Origin: a virus
Lineage: Duplodnaviria > Caudoviricetes
Direction: 5' to 3' (one strand)
Length of the DNA stretch: 25,090 bases
Virus record (IMG/VR): IMGVR_UViG_3300028145_000047
Coordinates: 1-25,090 of that record
The translations under genes and the position numbers were made by a program. Shown here in pieces: positions 22,611 through 25,090 of this stretch. The notes under the pieces are model-generated. The model made no database searches, was not told where the DNA came from, and was given only the letters and a program-made list of their open reading frames with translations. Positions within the stretch are counted from its first letter, which is position 1. Every line of letters starts with the position of its first letter.

Positions 22611-22770
22611 TCGCTCCTGAGATGATTCTTGCTTCGATGATCCCGCCGCACGGGGGACCGAACTTGTTGCCGCCCGGCCATTGCCACAGCGGGCCATCAT
22701 GCGGGATGCCGTTCACGCGGGGATCGCCGAACCCGCAGCCGCAGCGCGAGCAGATCAGAACGGTCCTCAC
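22558..22770 (-). CDS. Small Cys-containing hypothetical protein
   Basis: GTGA-coupled start with GAGGA RBS; CSRCG...H...CGG. Confidence 0.45.
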   Translation of the reverse strand: MRTVLICSRCGCGFGDPRVNGIPHDGPLWQWPGGNKFGPPCGGIIEARIISGANGNGRDQSEPRQQRLDS

Positions 22771-23471
22771 TGCTTCGTCCTCTTGGCAACCCAATAGCGC
22801 GCCGTGAACTTGGTATCCTCGTCCATGTCGCTTTTGTCCCTGATCCATTCCAGATAGTCGATTGGGGCGGCTTCGAACGTGGTTCCCCTGTGCTTTCCGA
22901 AGTTCATGATCTTGAGCAGCGCGGGGAATTTCGAGATGTGCACCATTTCGTCGACCGACTTTTCATCAAGCAAGCGCACGAACAGATGGGCGGTGACGTA
23001 GGCATCCGGCAAAGCCCGGTGCGGCGGATAAGCCTGATCAGGATCAAGCTGAAGATCAAGCCAGTAACGCAGCACCTGATTTGAATGCGAAGGCGCATCA
23101 GGCCACACCACGCGGGCTACCTTGTACGTGTCGATCCACGGGCGCCCGCCGCCATCGCAGAAATGCTGCTCGAACTTCGCTCTATGGGCGACCAGAATAT
23201 CGGATGGTCCGCAGCCATCATAAAAAATGTCCCACAACTCGCTTACTGGCAGCGCATCGGCTACGTCGGCCTCAGTGATGTGGTGAACAGCTTTTGTCAC
23301 GGCCGGGATCGGCCCTTGCGGGCTAGCGAGGGACGTCCACGGCCTTTCGATTGATCGCGTAGCGAGCACCACGTCGACCGAACCTAGTTCGATGACTTCC
23401 GCGGCGCTATCTTCCGGGGTGCCTGTGGTCTCAAAGTCGATGACCCGGGCGATGATAGGCTGATCGCTCAC
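22767..23471 (-). CDS. DEDDh 3'-5' exonuclease (exonuclease X-like)
   Basis: DFETTG, VAHRAKFE, WIDT and HRALPDA motifs; C-terminal MNFGKHRG...PIDYLEW domain. Confidence 0.9.
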   Translation of the reverse strand: MSDQPIIARVIDFETTGTPEDSAAEVIELGSVDVVLATRSIERPWTSLASPQGPIPAVTKAVHHITEADVADALPVSELWDIFYDGCGPSDILVAHRAKFEQHFCDGGGRPWIDTYKVARVVWPDAPSHSNQVLRYWLDLQLDPDQAYPPHRALPDAYVTAHLFVRLLDEKSVDEMVHISKFPALLKIMNFGKHRGTTFEAAPIDYLEWIRDKSDMDEDTKFTARYWVAKRTKQ

Positions 23472-23683
23472 TGCTTCACGCCCTTGTAGCTGTCGCGGAT
23501 GTTCTTCAGGAAGTGGCTGCCGTGGCTCTTGGCGGCCATCAGCTCGTCATGGGCGCTCTGCGGCGCGTCGGCGTAGTGATACGTCCCGCTCGGCTTGCCG
23601 TCCTTACCCTTGAACTGGATCATCAGGCCGTGCTCAGCGGTCCAGCCGACCGCGTAAATGTTGCTGCTCTTGACTTCCTTCAT
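23468..23683 (-). CDS. KTSC-domain protein
   Basis: VKSSNIYAVGW...LMIQF...YHY...LMAAKSHGSHFLKNIR. Confidence 0.88.
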   Translation of the reverse strand: MKEVKSSNIYAVGWTAEHGLMIQFKGKDGKPSGTYHYADAPQSAHDELMAAKSHGSHFLKNIRDSYKGVKQ

Positions 23684-24072
23684 CGCTTGATCCTCTTCGG
23701 GAATGGTCTGCTTGGAATCGATTGCTTGCGCTGCGGCTTGTTCTTGCCTTCCAGCTTACGGAACTTCGCCGCAAGCCATGCGTCGCTGCCCTTCGTCGTC
23801 GCTGTCTTCTCCGCTCCGGGGAGTCGCCCGACCGTGCGCCGCAGATGGCAGGCCTTGTGCAAGGCGTCGATGTGCTCCGGATCGTTCTGCGGCGGATGAT
23901 AGTCGGTGCCTTCCACGTTCACGGCGCGCATAATGATCGCGGGCCGGTGATCGTATTCGATCTTGTCTCCGCCTTGGAATTTCCTCCCGCATCCGGCGCA
24001 GCACTCAATCTGGCGAAAGAGCACCTTGTCCTTGACCGAACGCGGAATGGCCTTGCGGGCGGGGCGCTTCAT
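23680..24072 (-). CDS. HNH-family nuclease
   Basis: CAGCG...IEYDH...NDPEHIDALHKACHLRRT; basic tail IPSRPFPK. Confidence 0.8.
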   Translation of the reverse strand: MKRPARKAIPRSVKDKVLFRQIECCAGCGRKFQGGDKIEYDHRPAIIMRAVNVEGTDYHPPQNDPEHIDALHKACHLRRTVGRLPGAEKTATTKGSDAWLAAKFRKLEGKNKPQRKQSIPSRPFPKRIKR

Positions 24073-24461
24073 CAGTCGAGGCTTCCCGCTGCGGTGCGCG
24101 GCTCGACAGGATATCCGTCCAAGTGCGCGTTGGCGAGCGCCAGCGTCTCATCCGGCGCGGCCTCGAGCTCCGGCAGCCGTTCGATAGATCCGAACGTTCG
24201 CGTACAGTAATTGCCACCGCCGTAATCAATCCATGCATGTTCGTTGTTGATCGCGATAATTTCTCCAGTGAGCATGGGTTGGCCCCATCCGACGCGGTCG
24301 CCGACTTCGAATGCGGACTGCACTAGCTTCACGGCGCTCTGCGCGGCCCACAATTCCGTGTGCGCTCCTTCGATCGTGACGAACACCCGCTCGCCCTTGT
24401 CCGGCGTGTACTTGACGGTCCCGGTTACCGAAACCTTGTCGCCCTTGCGCAATTCAGTCAT
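24072..24461 (-). CDS. Hypothetical protein with two SH3/KOW-like repeats
   Basis: LRKGDKVSV and FEVGDRVGW motifs; coupled at both ends. Confidence 0.65.
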   Translation of the reverse strand: MTELRKGDKVSVTGTVKYTPDKGERVFVTIEGAHTELWAAQSAVKLVQSAFEVGDRVGWGQPMLTGEIIAINNEHAWIDYGGGNYCTRTFGSIERLPELEAAPDETLALANAHLDGYPVEPRTAAGSLD

Positions 24462-24820
24462 GTCGCCTCTCCGTTTTTAATCATCACGCCAAAAAGCCGA
24501 TTGGGTGCCGCTGCCTTTTGCCGAATATGCTTGATCGCATAGCCGAATGTTTTCGACCTAGTTTGATTGCACTCATAACAGGCCAGAACCACATTGCTCC
24601 AGCTATCCGCTCCACCTTCGGCACGGTTGACTATATGATCCACCGTCGCCGTATTATGTTCCAGATGGGTAATGCCACTTTCCGCCCTGAACACTGGCTT
24701 CTTGCACCAATGGCATAAAGACCTTTTCTGGAGCAGACGATCCAATAGATTTTGCTGTTTGCGAGAGCTTGCCTTCTTGCGCGGTACAAAATCCTCGATT
24801 GGCGGAAAGTAGTAATCCAT
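24458..24820 (-). CDS. HNH endonuclease
   Basis: CHWC...ATVDHIVNRAEGGADSWSNVVLACYECN; TGATG-coupled start; visibly more AT-rich than its neighbours. Confidence 0.85.
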   Translation of the reverse strand: MDYYFPPIEDFVPRKKASSRKQQNLLDRLLQKRSLCHWCKKPVFRAESGITHLEHNTATVDHIVNRAEGGADSWSNVVLACYECNQTRSKTFGYAIKHIRQKAAAPNRLFGVMIKNGEAT

Positions 24821-24921
24821 CAGATAATTCCCACTGCGAGCCCGAGGCACAGCCCTACTGCCGCCACGAAGAACGACACCGCGAGGATCTCGCCGGATAG
24901 CTCCAACACAATCCGAAGCAT
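24820..24921 (-). CDS. Small membrane peptide (33 aa)
   Basis: AAGGAGG RBS; MLRIVLELSGEILAVSFFVAAVGLCLGLAVGII. Confidence 0.55.
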   Translation of the reverse strand: MLRIVLELSGEILAVSFFVAAVGLCLGLAVGII

Positions 24922-24922
24922 G

Positions 24923-25090
24923 TCAGCCCTCCTTGACCAGTTGCTTGACCAACTCGCGCGCCCAATACACCGCGGAGTTGTTCAGTTGCCGCTGCCACGC
25001 ACCCTCGCTCGGCGCCCACCGGAAACCGCTCGACTTCAACTTGGCGCGGACTTCGGCCGATGGCTTGCCCGGAAAGATCAATTGAACGCG
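24923..25090 (-). CDS. C-terminus of a mobile-element protein (DUF3560-associated-like), 5' end outside window
   Basis: RVQLIFPGKPSAEVRAKLKSSGFRWAPSEGAWQRQL motif. Confidence 0.65.
   Translation of the reverse strand, partial: RVQLIFPGKPSAEVRAKLKSSGFRWAPSEGAWQRQLNNSAVYWARELVKQLVKEG

Overview
This window is a segment of a GC-rich tailed-phage or prophage genome, almost entirely encoded on the minus strand. The host is probably an alphaproteobacterium (inference). The head module resembles BPP-1/BcepC6B-type podoviruses. Reading right to left it contains: an early recombination region (HNH nucleases, KTSC protein, DEDDh exonuclease, RecT, NinB-like and DnaA-C-like proteins); the terminase small subunit; a ~3 kb run of small accessory genes, including a tRNA(CAU) nested in-frame in an ORF; the terminase large subunit; a ~310 nt structured intergenic region that looks like an independent ncRNA; the portal; decoration and fibre-like genes, several with Sec signal peptides; and the scaffold, major capsid and cement genes. 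The most striking feature is a five-gene plus-strand cassette (5256-6466) inside the head module. Two of its genes fuse a shared twin-arginine (Tat)-like leader to recognisable fragments of the major capsid and portal proteins encoded in this window. In the best-conserved block all nucleotide differences are synonymous. A separate mini-gene (16475-16690) carries a copy of the terminase nuclease motif. Together these may be a decoy or mimic system for the phage proteins sensed by host immunity, or a dominant-negative exclusion system. All family assignments come from motif recognition; no database searches were run.
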